Below, in pieces: positions 1 to 11,300 of a stretch of DNA of 64,000 nucleotides. The notes beneath the pieces were generated by a model. It saw nothing but the letters and a program-made list of their open reading frames with translations, was not told where the DNA came from and did not search any database. Origin of the DNA: Candidatus Thorarchaeota archaeon (GTDB taxonomy: Archaea; Asgardarchaeota; Thorarchaeia; Thorarchaeales; Thorarchaeaceae). The stretch's first letter is position 1. The number at the start of each line of letters is the position of its first letter. The DNA lies in assembly GCA_048882325.1 (NCBI GenBank), contig JBHLRS010000008.1, positions 51,530 through 115,529 of the forward strand. Direction: 5' to 3'. The position numbers were made by a program, and so were the translations under genes.

Positions 1-1
1 C

Positions 2-214
2 GGAGAAGGACTACGAGCATCATGGAAGCCAACATCAAAGGAAGAGAACGACTGGTACCCCAGATATCGAGGTGCAGCACTGGCTGAACGGATACAAGAT
101 CTTGCAACATTCATTGATGCTTTGCCAGACCGTGATAGACCTGCAACTAAGGAGTCTCTGGATCAACTGGTTAAGCGAATAGAGAAAGAGCAAGCAGAGG
201 AGGTAGCCAAATGA
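2..214 (+). CDS. 3' end of an upstream gene, unknown product (partial)
   Basis: Frame 2 is open from the window edge (GEGLRASWKP...EEVAK*); its TGA overlaps the next ATG (ATGA, 211-214). Confidence 0.75.
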   Translation, partial: GEGLRASWKPTSKEENDWYPRYRGAALAERIQDLATFIDALPDRDRPATKESLDQLVKRIEKEQAEEVAK

Positions 215-1086
215 TCGGCAGAATCCTAGTGAACGAAGAGGTCGTTCCCAATACACACAAACTTGTCCTAGAGGCACCTGCAATTTCTGAACGTGCCAAA
301 CCGGGACAGTTCATCATGGTCATTCCGGATGAGGTTGGAGAAAGAGTACCATTCACTCTATCTGACTGGGATGCAGAAGCGGGGACCATTACAGTGTTCT
401 ATCTTGAAGCCGGAGTTTCAACTATGAAACTCAGTCGAATGAAGCCTGGTGAAACTGTGCATACAGTCGTAGGTCCACTTGGCAGACCTACGAAGGTTGA
501 GAAGTGGGGCACGGTCCTACTAGGCGGTGGTTGTTATGGCCTTGGTGCCATCTACCCACTAGCCAAGGCGTTCAAAGAGGCAGGCAACAGAGTAATTGGT
601 CTCATGGAAGCTCGAACCTCCTACATCGTCTACAACGAGGAAACCCTTAGGGAGGTTGTTGATGACCTTTACATCGTGACAGGTGATGGCTCAGTAGGAA
701 TCAAGGGACATATGAAAGAAGCACTCCCCCACATCCTAGAGAAGGAAGGCAAGATTGACCACGCGCACTTTGTGGGTTGTACCTATATGATGATGGTGTC
801 AAGTCGAGGAACTGAGCCTCATAACATTCCAACAATAGTTGCTTTGAATACATTGATGGTCGATGGGACAGGTATGTGCGGCGTCTGTCGTGTGGAAGTG
901 GACGGACAAACAAGATTCGCGTGCGTAGATGGACCTGATTTTGATGGGCACAAGGTGAACTGGGATATGGTGTTCTCAAGGAAGCGAGCATATGTAACGG
1001 AGGAGAACCTCGCGTTTCAGCTTCATAGTTGTAGACAAGACGGCGCGATATTAGGTAAGGACACAGCCCAGAAGGAGGTTGCATAA
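211..1086 (+). CDS. nfnA: NfnA/SudB-type FAD/[2Fe-2S] small subunit of NADH-dependent ferredoxin:NADP+ oxidoreductase
   Basis: KPGQF and GERVPFT FAD motifs, GPLG, DGTGMCGVCRV...FACVDGP [2Fe-2S] motif; GGAGGT upstream; adjacent to SudA-like gene. Confidence 0.9.
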   Translation: MIGRILVNEEVVPNTHKLVLEAPAISERAKPGQFIMVIPDEVGERVPFTLSDWDAEAGTITVFYLEAGVSTMKLSRMKPGETVHTVVGPLGRPTKVEKWGTVLLGGGCYGLGAIYPLAKAFKEAGNRVIGLMEARTSYIVYNEETLREVVDDLYIVTGDGSVGIKGHMKEALPHILEKEGKIDHAHFVGCTYMMMVSSRGTEPHNIPTIVALNTLMVDGTGMCGVCRVEVDGQTRFACVDGPDFDGHKVNWDMVFSRKRAYVTEENLAFQLHSCRQDGAILGKDTAQKEVA

Positions 1087-2529
1087 GTGACTGAAAAACT
1101 ATCTCCTAAGGAAAGGATGGCAATCCCGCGAGCTAAAATGCCAGAGCAGAATCCAACTGCCCGTGCAGCAAACTTCGAAGAAGTACCGTTAGGACTGACT
1201 CCCGAAATGGCTATGCGAGAAGCTGTCAGATGTCTGGACTGTAGAAAAAAGCCCTGTGTGGGTGGCTGTCCTGTGGGTGTACAGATTCCGGAGTTTCTCG
1301 ATTTGGTGGTGGAAGGAAAATTCGTTGAAGCTGCACGGTTGATCAAAGAAACCAATGTTCTTCCCGCTGTCACTGGTCGTGTCTGTCCTCAAGAAACTCA
1401 ATGCGAAGGATCTTGTACATTGTTCAAGCGATACGGCGGTGTGTCCATTGGTGCTCTTGAACGATTTGTGGCTGACTATGAGAGAAATAATGACCTGGTG
1501 GAAATTCCAGAAAACCCTGCACCCACTGGTAAGAAAGTAGCAATAATTGGCTCAGGACCATCAGGACTCACGGTTGCAGGGGACCTTATCCGCCTTGGTC
1601 ATGGAGTCACAGTCTTCGAGGCGCTCCATGAGGCCGGAGGGGTTCTTGTCTATGGGATCCCTGAGTTCAGACTTCCAAAAGAGATAGTCCGTGCTGAAGT
1701 CGACTACCTAGTCAAGCAGGGTGTCAAGTTCGAGATGAACATGGTCGCAGGAATGACGGTGTCGATGGAAGAGCTGCTTGAAACATATGATGCTGTATAC
1801 ATTGGTGTGGGAGCTGGTCTTCCATCTTTCATGAGAATAGAGGGAGAGGAGCTGAATGGTGTGTTCTCTGCAAACGAGTATCTGACAAGGTCAAACCTCA
1901 TGAAGGGCTACCTCTTCCCAGAATACGATTCGCCTCTGCCACCCGGCAAGCACACATGTGTTGTCGGAGGCGGTAATGTTGCGATGGATTCAGCCCGTAC
2001 AGCAAGGCGACTTGGTGCTGAAGTGACCATAGTCTATAGAAGGGCAAGAGAGCAACTACCAGCCCGTGGAGAAGAGGTACATCATGCTGAAGAAGAAGGC
2101 ATTGACTTCCAGCTGTTGACCAATCCTGTGAGAATATTCGGTGAGGAAGGAAAGGTGACTGGAATGGAGTGCATTAGAATGGAGCTTGGTGAACCTGATG
2201 ACAGTGGACGTAGACGACCATTGCCAATCGACGGTTCGAACTTTGAGATCGCGTGTGACCAAGTGATTATCTCAATTGGAGCTGGAGCTAACCCATTACT
2301 GATTAACACAATGCCTGATCTTGAACTCAATCGATGGGGCTACATCGTTGTTGATAAGAACAACAGAACAAGTGTTGACAGGGTCTGGGCAGGCGGCGAT
2401 ATCGTAACAGGATCAGCAACAGTCATAGAAGCCATGGGAGCAGGCAGGATCGCCGCGAGATCAATTCAAGCTTACCTGACTGGGCAACCTCAACCAGGAA
2501 CTGAAGAGCAAGAAGAAACGTCTGAATAA
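1087..2529 (+). CDS. nfnB: NfnB/SudA (GltD-like) large subunit, 2x[4Fe-4S], FAD, NADPH
   Basis: RCLDCRKKPCVGGCP and GRVCPQETQCEGSC clusters, IGSGPSG, YGIPEFRLP, VGGGNVAMD, YRR and AGGD motifs. Confidence 0.9.
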   Translation: MTEKLSPKERMAIPRAKMPEQNPTARAANFEEVPLGLTPEMAMREAVRCLDCRKKPCVGGCPVGVQIPEFLDLVVEGKFVEAARLIKETNVLPAVTGRVCPQETQCEGSCTLFKRYGGVSIGALERFVADYERNNDLVEIPENPAPTGKKVAIIGSGPSGLTVAGDLIRLGHGVTVFEALHEAGGVLVYGIPEFRLPKEIVRAEVDYLVKQGVKFEMNMVAGMTVSMEELLETYDAVYIGVGAGLPSFMRIEGEELNGVFSANEYLTRSNLMKGYLFPEYDSPLPPGKHTCVVGGGNVAMDSARTARRLGAEVTIVYRRAREQLPARGEEVHHAEEEGIDFQLLTNPVRIFGEEGKVTGMECIRMELGEPDDSGRRRPLPIDGSNFEIACDQVIISIGAGANPLLINTMPDLELNRWGYIVVDKNNRTSVDRVWAGGDIVTGSATVIEAMGAGRIAARSIQAYLTGQPQPGTEEQEETSE

Positions 2530-2535
2530 GCTAGA

Positions 2536-4272
2536 CTACTCTACGTAGACTTGTCGGACCTCCCTGATAACAAGACCAGGTAGGTCCTTTGCGGACTTTA
2601 TAGGATACACGTTGGCTCCAACATCCTCAAGCGCTCTTTGTGTCTTCGTCTTCCGCTTTGAACTTCCTCCTATATGGAACAAGAACAGTTTGTGACCTCT
2701 ATTGGTCAATAAACGGATGGACTCGACAAACTTATCCCAATTTGCTATCTCCGCGTCGGTCATCATAAGAACCATGACTTTTGATTCCGCGTTCTCGCAA
2801 GCACTTTCTATCTTCTTGATTGGAGCGACCGTACCACCACCCTGATAGGCAAGTAGAATATGTTCAACCTCAAACTTAGATTTCGACCATTTACTTGACC
2901 GACTTCCACTTGAGAAGTTAATCGCAGCTACTCTAGAACCTCGTCGCAGAGCTACTTCCATAGCAGCAAAAGCAGCCACCAATGCAGTATGATATGGACC
3001 CCTCATCGTCTTGGATGTCATCCCCCATGTCATCGACCCACTTGAATCAATCACTAATAGCATGTCAGGTAGTGACTTGGAATGCTCAAGTCCCTCTGAA
3101 CTCATCTTCAGCCACTTGCGAGTTGAAAGATTGGGTATGAGAACCGGGAATGCTTGAAGTGATTGAACAATGTCCAACTCTTCGATGGGGTCGCCCATTC
3201 TCCAGACCAGTGGAGTGAGAGGAGCCAAGCCTGCGAACGTTCGCGCCTGCACCTCAATCCGAAGCATATCTTTTGCCTTTGCGCGATACCAGAAGCGTAT
3301 CCATGATTCTCGAGGATCACCATATCCTGCGGTGAGATACACTCCCTCTAGATCTTGGAGATCTCCACCACGTTGCTCGACCTCAGCGGCCAATTCCTCC
3401 ATTTCAGCTTCTAGATCAGAATGCGAGTCTTTCTTTAGACATCTTCGGGCCATGTCACCGTTTCTAACCTCAATTGGACTACCTATGACCGTATCGACAT
3501 CTAGAGGAACCATAATCGTGGTTACCTCGCCACCAGCTTCACTCCCAGCTTCCTTTCCTTTTGTCTGTCTGCCAATTCCAGGTAACTGTTCATCTTCATC
3601 TTGGGGAAACCAATCTGCTATTATCTCAGCGATCTTCTCACAGGCCCTAGGCCATCGTTTCTCAACATCAATGGATTTCCGTGCCACGTCAGCTATAGAA
3701 GCCGCAGCTTCAGATGTTCGTTGGTCTATTTTCACTCTTGCTGGAAGGGGAAATCCCCACATCGCCCGATATATAGCAACAATAAGGTTCCAAAGCGGGC
3801 TATGGTTACGAACTCTCATCGCTGAGTCATGGATGGAATCATTGATTCTGCTATGTGTTAGTGTAGGATATCGTTTCAAGAGCTTCGAGTCGACCACCAA
3901 ATCAGCGTAAAGATTGCATACAAACATTGCCGTTGCATCATTCACCTTCTTTCGTGCTGCAGCAAACATCATCCCATTTGTGACCCCATCATAAGGACAA
4001 AGAAGATAGTGCTGAATCTCATGATGACATACTGAGCGAAGATATGGCTCAGCCTCATTCGCATCCATGTGCAGTGGTACACCCGCAGTGTTGAGGTGGA
4101 CCGTCCAGTTGCTGGAATCAATGTAGAAAAAGCTCGCTGCCTCAGCAACATTCTCTATCTCCGGCTCTGGAAGCGGAGGGTGATAAAAATCGATGAGCGC
4201 CTGACCCCATGCGCGCAGAGCAACCTCGATGAGGCTCTGTCCATGGGATGTTCCAGAAGTCGCTCGTGACAC
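2536..4272 (-). CDS. VWA-domain protein with N-terminal HExxH metallopeptidase-like domain (MoxR partner)
   Basis: HHEIQH; MIDAS DSSGS...GGT...MTDAE; 6 nt downstream of the MoxR gene. Confidence 0.85.
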   Translation of the reverse strand: MSRATSGTSHGQSLIEVALRAWGQALIDFYHPPLPEPEIENVAEAASFFYIDSSNWTVHLNTAGVPLHMDANEAEPYLRSVCHHEIQHYLLCPYDGVTNGMMFAAARKKVNDATAMFVCNLYADLVVDSKLLKRYPTLTHSRINDSIHDSAMRVRNHSPLWNLIVAIYRAMWGFPLPARVKIDQRTSEAAASIADVARKSIDVEKRWPRACEKIAEIIADWFPQDEDEQLPGIGRQTKGKEAGSEAGGEVTTIMVPLDVDTVIGSPIEVRNGDMARRCLKKDSHSDLEAEMEELAAEVEQRGGDLQDLEGVYLTAGYGDPRESWIRFWYRAKAKDMLRIEVQARTFAGLAPLTPLVWRMGDPIEELDIVQSLQAFPVLIPNLSTRKWLKMSSEGLEHSKSLPDMLLVIDSSGSMTWGMTSKTMRGPYHTALVAAFAAMEVALRRGSRVAAINFSSGSRSSKWSKSKFEVEHILLAYQGGGTVAPIKKIESACENAESKVMVLMMTDAEIANWDKFVESIRLLTNRGHKLFLFHIGGSSKRKTKTQRALEDVGANVYPIKSAKDLPGLVIREVRQVYVE

Positions 4273-4278
4273 AGCATA

Positions 4279-5997
4279 TCAGTCTCCTATATGTTGTTCA
4301 ATTTCTTTCTTCAAGTTGAGTGCATCAGTACCTCCAGATATCTCTAAGAATACAGAGGAGTCAGGGGAGTCACCTGTTGTATAAATGACCACCGTGAGAC
4401 CGTCAGTTCTCACAATCTTTCTTTTCGGAGGTGACAGGGTTTCCTTCAGGATGCTTGTCAACTTAGGATACTGGAGACTAATCACAGTCCAAAGGTCTTG
4501 CCACTGCTCAAAGGTAATAGAAAATTGTGTCAGTGTTAGTCTATGCAGAGCATCTGAAACTTGCTTCAACAGCATACTCCTATTTGGAAATTCTGTGTTC
4601 ACCAACAGTTCATCATAAATATCTGTGAGCTGTTCGACATTTCTATCCTTGATGCCTTTCTCGATGTTCTTCACAGTCTTTGTGTAGCCTGATTTTCTCA
4701 GTTCCTTAGCAAAGGATGTGTAATCAAGACGAACCAACAAATCACTCTTAGCCATCTCCTTGAGTTCATCCATTCCATCCTTTGACTCCTGGCCTAACTT
4801 CAACTTCTCTAGAATGGCTATTGCAGGAGTGCGTTGGGCGAATCTGGATGAGGCCAGCTCAACAAGATGTTTCGTATAGGCATAGATATCACCAAAAAAT
4901 GGCGAACGTTCAAGCTCATCACGGGTCAGTCTAGTTCGGTGCCAGAAAACAAGCGGTGCTAAGGACTTGACAATCTCAACACTAACCTCCTGAGCACCCA
5001 CTAGCCATGCAGCAGCTTTGGAGTATCTATTGAGGTCCTTCGCAGCTCGGACGCTCAGGGGAATTATCACCTTGTTACATACACTCTTGCCCGTATTGAA
5101 ATGACAGCCATCGCACAGACCAGTTTCTACTGTCAGACCGGAAGACTGGCTCTTATCGGCACGGATACACGCTCCAAACTCTCGAACCAATGATCGCATG
5201 AACTCTGATGCCTCTGTTGAAACATGAACCTTGTCCGCCAAATTCCAGATTGTCAATAAGTTCTCTTCTGTGAGCATTGCAGGAACCTGCCAGAGCTCGT
5301 CAAAACCAAAGAGTCGTTCATCGCGAGCTGCAAGAATAAGTTCCAAGTCATTTACAGTAGGCATTGTGATAGGTACAGCAAGTCCAAACCGGTCAAGGAA
5401 TGGAGGTCCCATATCAAAGGTGCCTGCATCAGCAGGGTTCAGTGTTGCATAGAGACAGTATTCCTCACACCTTTTAATCTCATCGTAGTACTTTACCTCT
5501 CCCTCAGCCAATAATGAGAGCAGGATGTTTTGAGCATGCGGAGTGAGTCGGTTAACCTCGTCAATTATCTTCCAGAAGTCGGTGACGAAACGACGCCAGA
5601 CAACAACCTCAATCCCATCTTTCATGAGTGGACCAGGTTTTAATGTTGCCACCATTTTCTCTTCTGTAAGTTGCGGATGTCCTCGTAGAATGCCGTCCTC
5701 GATATCATCAAGTTTCTTTCCTGTCATCATTCTTCCTAACAACTTCACAAGTGTAGTTTTCCCACCACCATGACCCCCTACTAAGAGCATAGCTGATCTC
5801 GGAACAAGAGCATTCAACACGCATGAACCTACAATCAAAGGGAATCTAGTTGTTTTGATGGACCTCTTCTTTGAGCTTGGATCGTTATACTTGACCTCAA
5901 GATCTGACGAGTGGACAAAGAGACCCCTACTTTCAACCGTGGACATCACACTCAATACTAGCTCTCGAAGCTTCTCACTCTGACTCATAAGAACCAC
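4279..5997 (-). CDS. MoxR-family AAA+ ATPase with Cys-rich insertion
   Basis: Walker A GGHGGGKTT, Walker B IIDEVNR, QNILL, ATLNP, FLDRF, SVRAA; CIR...CDGC...SVC insertion. Confidence 0.88.
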   Translation of the reverse strand: MVLMSQSEKLRELVLSVMSTVESRGLFVHSSDLEVKYNDPSSKKRSIKTTRFPLIVGSCVLNALVPRSAMLLVGGHGGGKTTLVKLLGRMMTGKKLDDIEDGILRGHPQLTEEKMVATLKPGPLMKDGIEVVVWRRFVTDFWKIIDEVNRLTPHAQNILLSLLAEGEVKYYDEIKRCEEYCLYATLNPADAGTFDMGPPFLDRFGLAVPITMPTVNDLELILAARDERLFGFDELWQVPAMLTEENLLTIWNLADKVHVSTEASEFMRSLVREFGACIRADKSQSSGLTVETGLCDGCHFNTGKSVCNKVIIPLSVRAAKDLNRYSKAAAWLVGAQEVSVEIVKSLAPLVFWHRTRLTRDELERSPFFGDIYAYTKHLVELASSRFAQRTPAIAILEKLKLGQESKDGMDELKEMAKSDLLVRLDYTSFAKELRKSGYTKTVKNIEKGIKDRNVEQLTDIYDELLVNTEFPNRSMLLKQVSDALHRLTLTQFSITFEQWQDLWTVISLQYPKLTSILKETLSPPKRKIVRTDGLTVVIYTTGDSPDSSVFLEISGGTDALNLKKEIEQHIGD

Positions 5998-6166
5998 CTA
6001 CCACGATGTATTGTCAGTCTTAACCGTTATGAACTTAGCACAGAACGGCGCGAATGTGCGGAAAAGTTGCGAAGAAAGCGTGTAGCAAGGTACAAAAGGA
6101 AGACAATAGGCCTATTGGAGCCTCGTGAAGTGGACATTTGAGGCAAAATAGTTAGGATGGATTTTC

Positions 6167-7153
6167 GTGCAACCACTGATTTTTGAGTTCTCTACAATTG
6201 TCTTAATCGCAGTTGGAGTGGGAACTCTCTCAGCTATGACAGGCATCAGTGGTGGAGCTTTTAAAACACCAATCCTTATCATTTTCTTCTCGGTCACTGC
6301 TGAAATTGCAGCTGCGGCATCTTTGTTGTCTGCTCTGTTCGTATCAATTGTTACAGCACCGGGATATTATCGACAGAATCCTGAACTTATCGAGTTACGA
6401 ATTGGTTCTCTAGCAGTAATAGCTACAATTCCAGGAAGTTATCTGGGTGTTGCATTGCGAACCATCGCGGCTCACGCAAACCTCTTGCATCTGGTCTTTG
6501 GGATTATTCTATTTCCGGTTGCTGTGAAGCTTTTGTTTGCTATGCCAGAAGACAAGGAACATGCTAACGGAAGGAAGAAGTTACGATCTTTTTCTGAACT
6601 AAGTCCTGTGCGTCGCGTCGTTTCAATCCTAGCTATTTTCCTAGCTGGAGTTTCAGCCGGATTGCTTGGGTTAGGTGGGGGAATTATTATCGTTCCGGTA
6701 TTTTGCATCATCCTCGAATTCCCAATACTCAAGGCTGCAGCAACATCATTGTATATTATGATTTTTACAACAACTGCAGGTTCGATTATCAATTACTATG
6801 TACTGGCCCCAACTGACGGGCTCAGTACATTCTTGTATTACGGACTTGCAATGGGACTGGGGATGGTTATTGGAGGTCTTATTGGTACAAAGTATGCTTC
6901 TAGGTTAGATGCTGCATGGCTACAAAGACTCTTTGGATTTCTGCTAATTTTCCCTCTAGTCAAAATGATGCGACTGGGACATATGTGGTTAGATCCCGGT
7001 GGTTCAGATTACATTCTTGCTACAATTGGAGATGCAATAATCTGGCTATTGCTTGCCATTCCACTCTGGTTATTATCAGACCTTCAGAGAATGTATATTC
7101 GAAGGAAGGCTAAAGCCAAAGCAAATAGTGATATGACAAGCCCATGTGCATAA
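6167..7153 (+). CDS. TauE/SafE (TSUP) family membrane exporter
   Basis: Duplicated Gly motifs GISGGAFKTP and GLLGLGGGIIIVP, AAATS, many TM segments. Confidence 0.85.
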   Translation: MQPLIFEFSTIVLIAVGVGTLSAMTGISGGAFKTPILIIFFSVTAEIAAAASLLSALFVSIVTAPGYYRQNPELIELRIGSLAVIATIPGSYLGVALRTIAAHANLLHLVFGIILFPVAVKLLFAMPEDKEHANGRKKLRSFSELSPVRRVVSILAIFLAGVSAGLLGLGGGIIIVPVFCIILEFPILKAAATSLYIMIFTTTAGSIINYYVLAPTDGLSTFLYYGLAMGLGMVIGGLIGTKYASRLDAAWLQRLFGFLLIFPLVKMMRLGHMWLDPGGSDYILATIGDAIIWLLLAIPLWLLSDLQRMYIRRKAKAKANSDMTSPCA

Positions 7154-7177
7154 TACCGAACGGCGCGGAATTATACC

Positions 7178-8317
7178 TTGTCCGAAGACGTAATATGCCT
7201 TCAGACGAACGACCGAAAAGCCAGCAGTCAGTGGGGAAGAAAGTTGGGTGATAATAAGGAATTCATAGAAACAGTAACCCTCACCACTCCGGAACAGGTT
7301 CCAACAGAGAGAGTAAGCCAGTACTCTGTGGTGACTTTTGCAACTGAATTTCTTCAACGTCTCAGAAGATATGATGTCCTGAAAGTGCAGATGAATGAAC
7401 GCGGGTTAGAATTTGGAGGAAGAGTTTTACTGATAGGACCTTCGGGTACTGACTTTGGAGCCTTTCCACACTTTCTTGCGCGGGAGGTACCAGTCAAAAT
7501 CATCCGTTTCAAAATGGAGGGTTTTTTTGACGAGAACAAAAGGAGTAATGCTGCACTAAGAGAAGGGTTTGAGTTCGCAAGACGAAACTCACCCGCTTTG
7601 CTCTATATAGAGAAACTCGAGGCACTTGCACCAAGAGATTCAGTGCAGTCAATTGTGTTTCAAGATGAACTCAAGACCACAGGATGGAGTGGGGAAGAAG
7701 TGGTGGTGGTCACTGCTACAACACGACCTGAAAAGGTTGACAGGGAACTCCTTGCACTGTATGATAGAACCTACATTGTAGAAGGTACAACCATAGACGA
7801 CCGGATTAGGATTCTTGAACAAGTCCTGAAAGACCGTGATGACATTGATGTGACGACTATAGCAGAGCTTACTGAGGGATGGGGCTTTTCCGATATAACC
7901 CATCTCGCAACAAGTCTCTACATGCAAGAACCATCAGAGGGTGGTGAGATGCCGCGAGATATGATCGAGGAATTGATTGAACACAGTCGTGTAGGAGCTT
8001 TCGGTGATTCCAAGTTCCTTGATTCAGTCGTAAGAAAGACTAGGGGTACTAAGCAACCTGAAATTAGTAAGTTGAGTGAAGAATATCCGGATGACTTTCT
8101 TGATCAGCTGTACTTGATGGCGGTCGGGGATGATTATTCAGAAACTCAACGTGTGATTGAGGTCCTTAATGAAGGACTACCTCTATCAGCAAAAGACAGG
8201 GAGTTTCTTAGTAGGCATCCATTCCTCTTAACTGGAACCGCAGAGGACAGACTGACGAGGCTCCTTAGAGCAAAGAAAAGCAGCGATAGACTTCATAGGA
8301 TAATGGGAAGACAGTAG
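7178..8317 (+). CDS. Classic-clade AAA+ fold protein with degenerate catalytic motifs (pseudo-ATPase); start uncertain
   Basis: VLLIGPSGTDFG (Walker A without GKT), FEFARRNSPALLYIEK (Walker B without DE), ATTRP, RIRIL, AELTEGWGFSDI lid; stop directly abuts the SMC ATG. Confidence 0.8.
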   Translation: MSEDVICLQTNDRKASSQWGRKLGDNKEFIETVTLTTPEQVPTERVSQYSVVTFATEFLQRLRRYDVLKVQMNERGLEFGGRVLLIGPSGTDFGAFPHFLAREVPVKIIRFKMEGFFDENKRSNAALREGFEFARRNSPALLYIEKLEALAPRDSVQSIVFQDELKTTGWSGEEVVVVTATTRPEKVDRELLALYDRTYIVEGTTIDDRIRILEQVLKDRDDIDVTTIAELTEGWGFSDITHLATSLYMQEPSEGGEMPRDMIEELIEHSRVGAFGDSKFLDSVVRKTRGTKQPEISKLSEEYPDDFLDQLYLMAVGDDYSETQRVIEVLNEGLPLSAKDREFLSRHPFLLTGTAEDRLTRLLRAKKSSDRLHRIMGRQ

Positions 8318-11300
8318 ATGAGTGAAACGAAGGTAAATATCGAATCAGTGAGGTTGGGAAATTTCCTGTCCTTCTACGAAGGAACCGTTGAGTTTGACAA
8401 AGGGCTCACTGTATTAGCTGGTCCTAACGGATCCGGAAAAACCTCAATCTTCCATGCAATGAAATTTGCCCTTGGATCAAACCAGAGAGAGAATCGATAC
8501 AGCAAATGGAGTGACTTTATCAGACATGGAGCGAGCACAGCCGAAGTGGAAATAAGAGTCAGGGTGAACGGTCAGAGTCGCAAATTCCTTAGACGAATTG
8601 ATAGAGATGGCATCCCACGAGCATATACAGATGGACGCCGTGTCAAGGCTGCAGAACACAAGCAGATGATTAGTGCACTTGGTCTTGAAACTGACAATCC
8701 TTTGGTCTTTATGCCTCAAGAAAGAATTAATGCTGTTCGAGATATGGACCCATTTGAGGTCAGACGCTTGGTGGAAGAGGGAACGGGCCTTGATATTCTC
8801 AGAGATAGAATTGGATTACAAGAAACTGAGGTGACCCAGAGTCGACTCAAACTGGAAGCAGCATTGACAGAGTCTAGAACAGTTGAACGAGAACTCGAAC
8901 TTCTACAACACGATCTCTCTCGGTTAGAAAAGAAGAGAGCTTTACAAGAACAAGAAAGGGAGCTGGAACAGGAGCTAAAGTGGGCCAGCTTTGATGACCT
9001 ATCAGAGAGAATTCGGCAGACAAAGGAGGAGATAGAAACAAAGGAGTCAGGACTTGTTGGCGTTCTTGAAGAGCAAACGACCATTGAAGGACAAATCTCA
9101 GAGCAGGAAGAAGTGAGTTCTGAGCTGGAAAGTAATCTCTCGGGCTTACAGACAGAGATTGGTAGAATTGATGCGAAAATAGAGGAAGAAGAGAAGAATC
9201 TCGCGAAACTCAAAGGTGACTCCAGACAGCAAGTGGCTGAGCTAAAGCAACTTGAAACTAGTATCAAGTCTGAAAAGAGTAAAGAGGAGAAACTCAAAGA
9301 AGATCTGGAACGTGTTTCAGCAGCTAGGGAGCAGTATATGGACCAGCAGAAGATGCTCCGCGAGGAAATAGCAGAGCTAGAGGACGAGCGAGCGAGAATA
9401 CGTGATGAACTCGCTGCATTCGCAGAGTGGAACACAAAAAGAGCAGAGGCACATGGGCACTATAAGGCACTTCAAGTAGAGATTGAGGGCAAAGACCTAC
9501 TGACGAGAAGCCTTCGTGAAAGACTCCAGGTTGAGGAGGCTGAACTTCAAGCAATAGAAAGCAAGTGGTCACACGTATGGGATAAGATAGAGGCTACAGA
9601 TGCCAAAGAGTTGGAGCGAAAGAAATCACAACTGGAAAGAGAAATCGCATCTCTCAATGAAGAACGATTCAGAAAGACGAGTCTTGTTGCACAACTACAG
9701 AAAGACATTGATGATATTAAGGTCAGACTGTCTGAAACTTCAAAGCGCATCCCAGAGTCTGTGAGAAGTCTTAAGGAAGCAGTTTCCGAACACAATCTAG
9801 AAACTGTTAGGGGTCCACTGATTAGTCTCTTCACAGCAAATGATGATATTTCAGCGGCCGTGGAAGGAGTCCTCTCAGGTAATCTTCCACTCGCCTTTGT
9901 CACCACAGAGTACTCTGACTACCAGCTTCTCCTCAAACTTCGCAACAAAGAAGAAGCTCCCGCGCCAGTAATCCTACTGAGAGAAGAGGTGAGCAAAGAG
10001 AGACCGGATATACCTCAAGGGGCAGGTGTTGAGGACTGGTTGTGGGACAGACTCAACGCAGACCCTGATGTTCAGAAGCTTCTAGCAAGGGTGTTTGGAG
10101 ATTTCATACTAGTCAAGAATTCTCAGACAGCATCAAGACTTGCGACAAAACATAATCTTAGAGTTGTTACTCTCGATGGAGCAGTCACAATTCCAGATGA
10201 TACCCAGGTTGTCAGTCACCCTAAAAGTGAGCCATCAGGAATGGTTTCAACCGCACCACTTCAAACCAGATTGGCAAAGATGGAGAAGGATCTTACGTTT
10301 GAACGAAAGAAAGTCACTGAGATAATGACGAAACTTGAAACTCTTTCAAATGAACGTGAGGAAACAATGGACCTGATTAGTCAGATGACACGGTGGGGGT
10401 CAACATGGGAGCGACGTCGAAAGCTCAACGAGAGTATTCCGGAGCTTGAGGAACGAATTGTTTCCATCGATGATGAGCTGAAGACTCTGCAACGCGACTA
10501 TGGCAAAGCGGAAAGAAACCTAAGAAAACTCGACAGCACACAACCTCCTGAACGGAGTAGATTGGTGGGACAAGAGGCTGCTATCAGGACAAAACACAGA
10601 CGTCTTCAGAGTGACCTCAATAAAGTTGACACAAAGGCCCATGCATCGGAAAAGGACGAGGAACTCAAGCGACAAGAATTGAGGAGAGTCAAAGAGAATA
10701 TCACTGTCCTGTCAGACAGCCTGACGGATCTACGTCAGGAGATTAAGGATTCAAAGGATGCAACATCATCAATCCTAGAAAGAATCGAGGTGATGCGTGA
10801 GGGTAGAGAAGAAACACACAATAGACAGATTCAGATTAAGGAAGAGCTGACCCAGATACGATCAACAACTCGAACATTGAGTGAGCGATTAGTCGAACTG
10901 AATCTTCTCATTAAGAACCGTAGACTCGAAGTACTACAATCGAAAAGGCAACTTTCAAACCTAGAATATGACCTTGAATTGATAGAGCAAGAGCTTCAGG
11001 GTAAAAATCGACCAGAGAGTGTTCGAGCTATTGATCTCGTCAGGAGTGAACTCGTAAAGCTTAGACATATCTTGGATGACTATCAGGATGTTTCTGAAAC
11101 AGTGGCTCACACAGAGAACCAATTGAAGGACAGACTAAAGGAACTTGTCGAGCGTGTTGCAGAGCTGGGTGAGGAACTAGATGAGGCTGAGTCTGCTGTA
11201 CGTAACATCAAGGAGCAGTACCACAATGGAATGAATGAAACACTTCGGAAAGTAGAGAAGGGAGTGAATGAGGTTTTAGGACGAGTCCAGTTTCCAGGGA

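Noticed and set aside
1087-2529. Glutamate synthase small subunit (gltD)
   Set aside because: No gltB nearby, and it is paired with an NfnA/SudB gene, which indicates Nfn.
3170-3910. 246-aa plus-strand ORF, and similar antisense ORFs such as 8716-9435, 49323-49823 (same-strand alternate frame) and 52849-53385
   Set aside because: They overlap well-supported genes, have shadow-like composition and carry no motifs.
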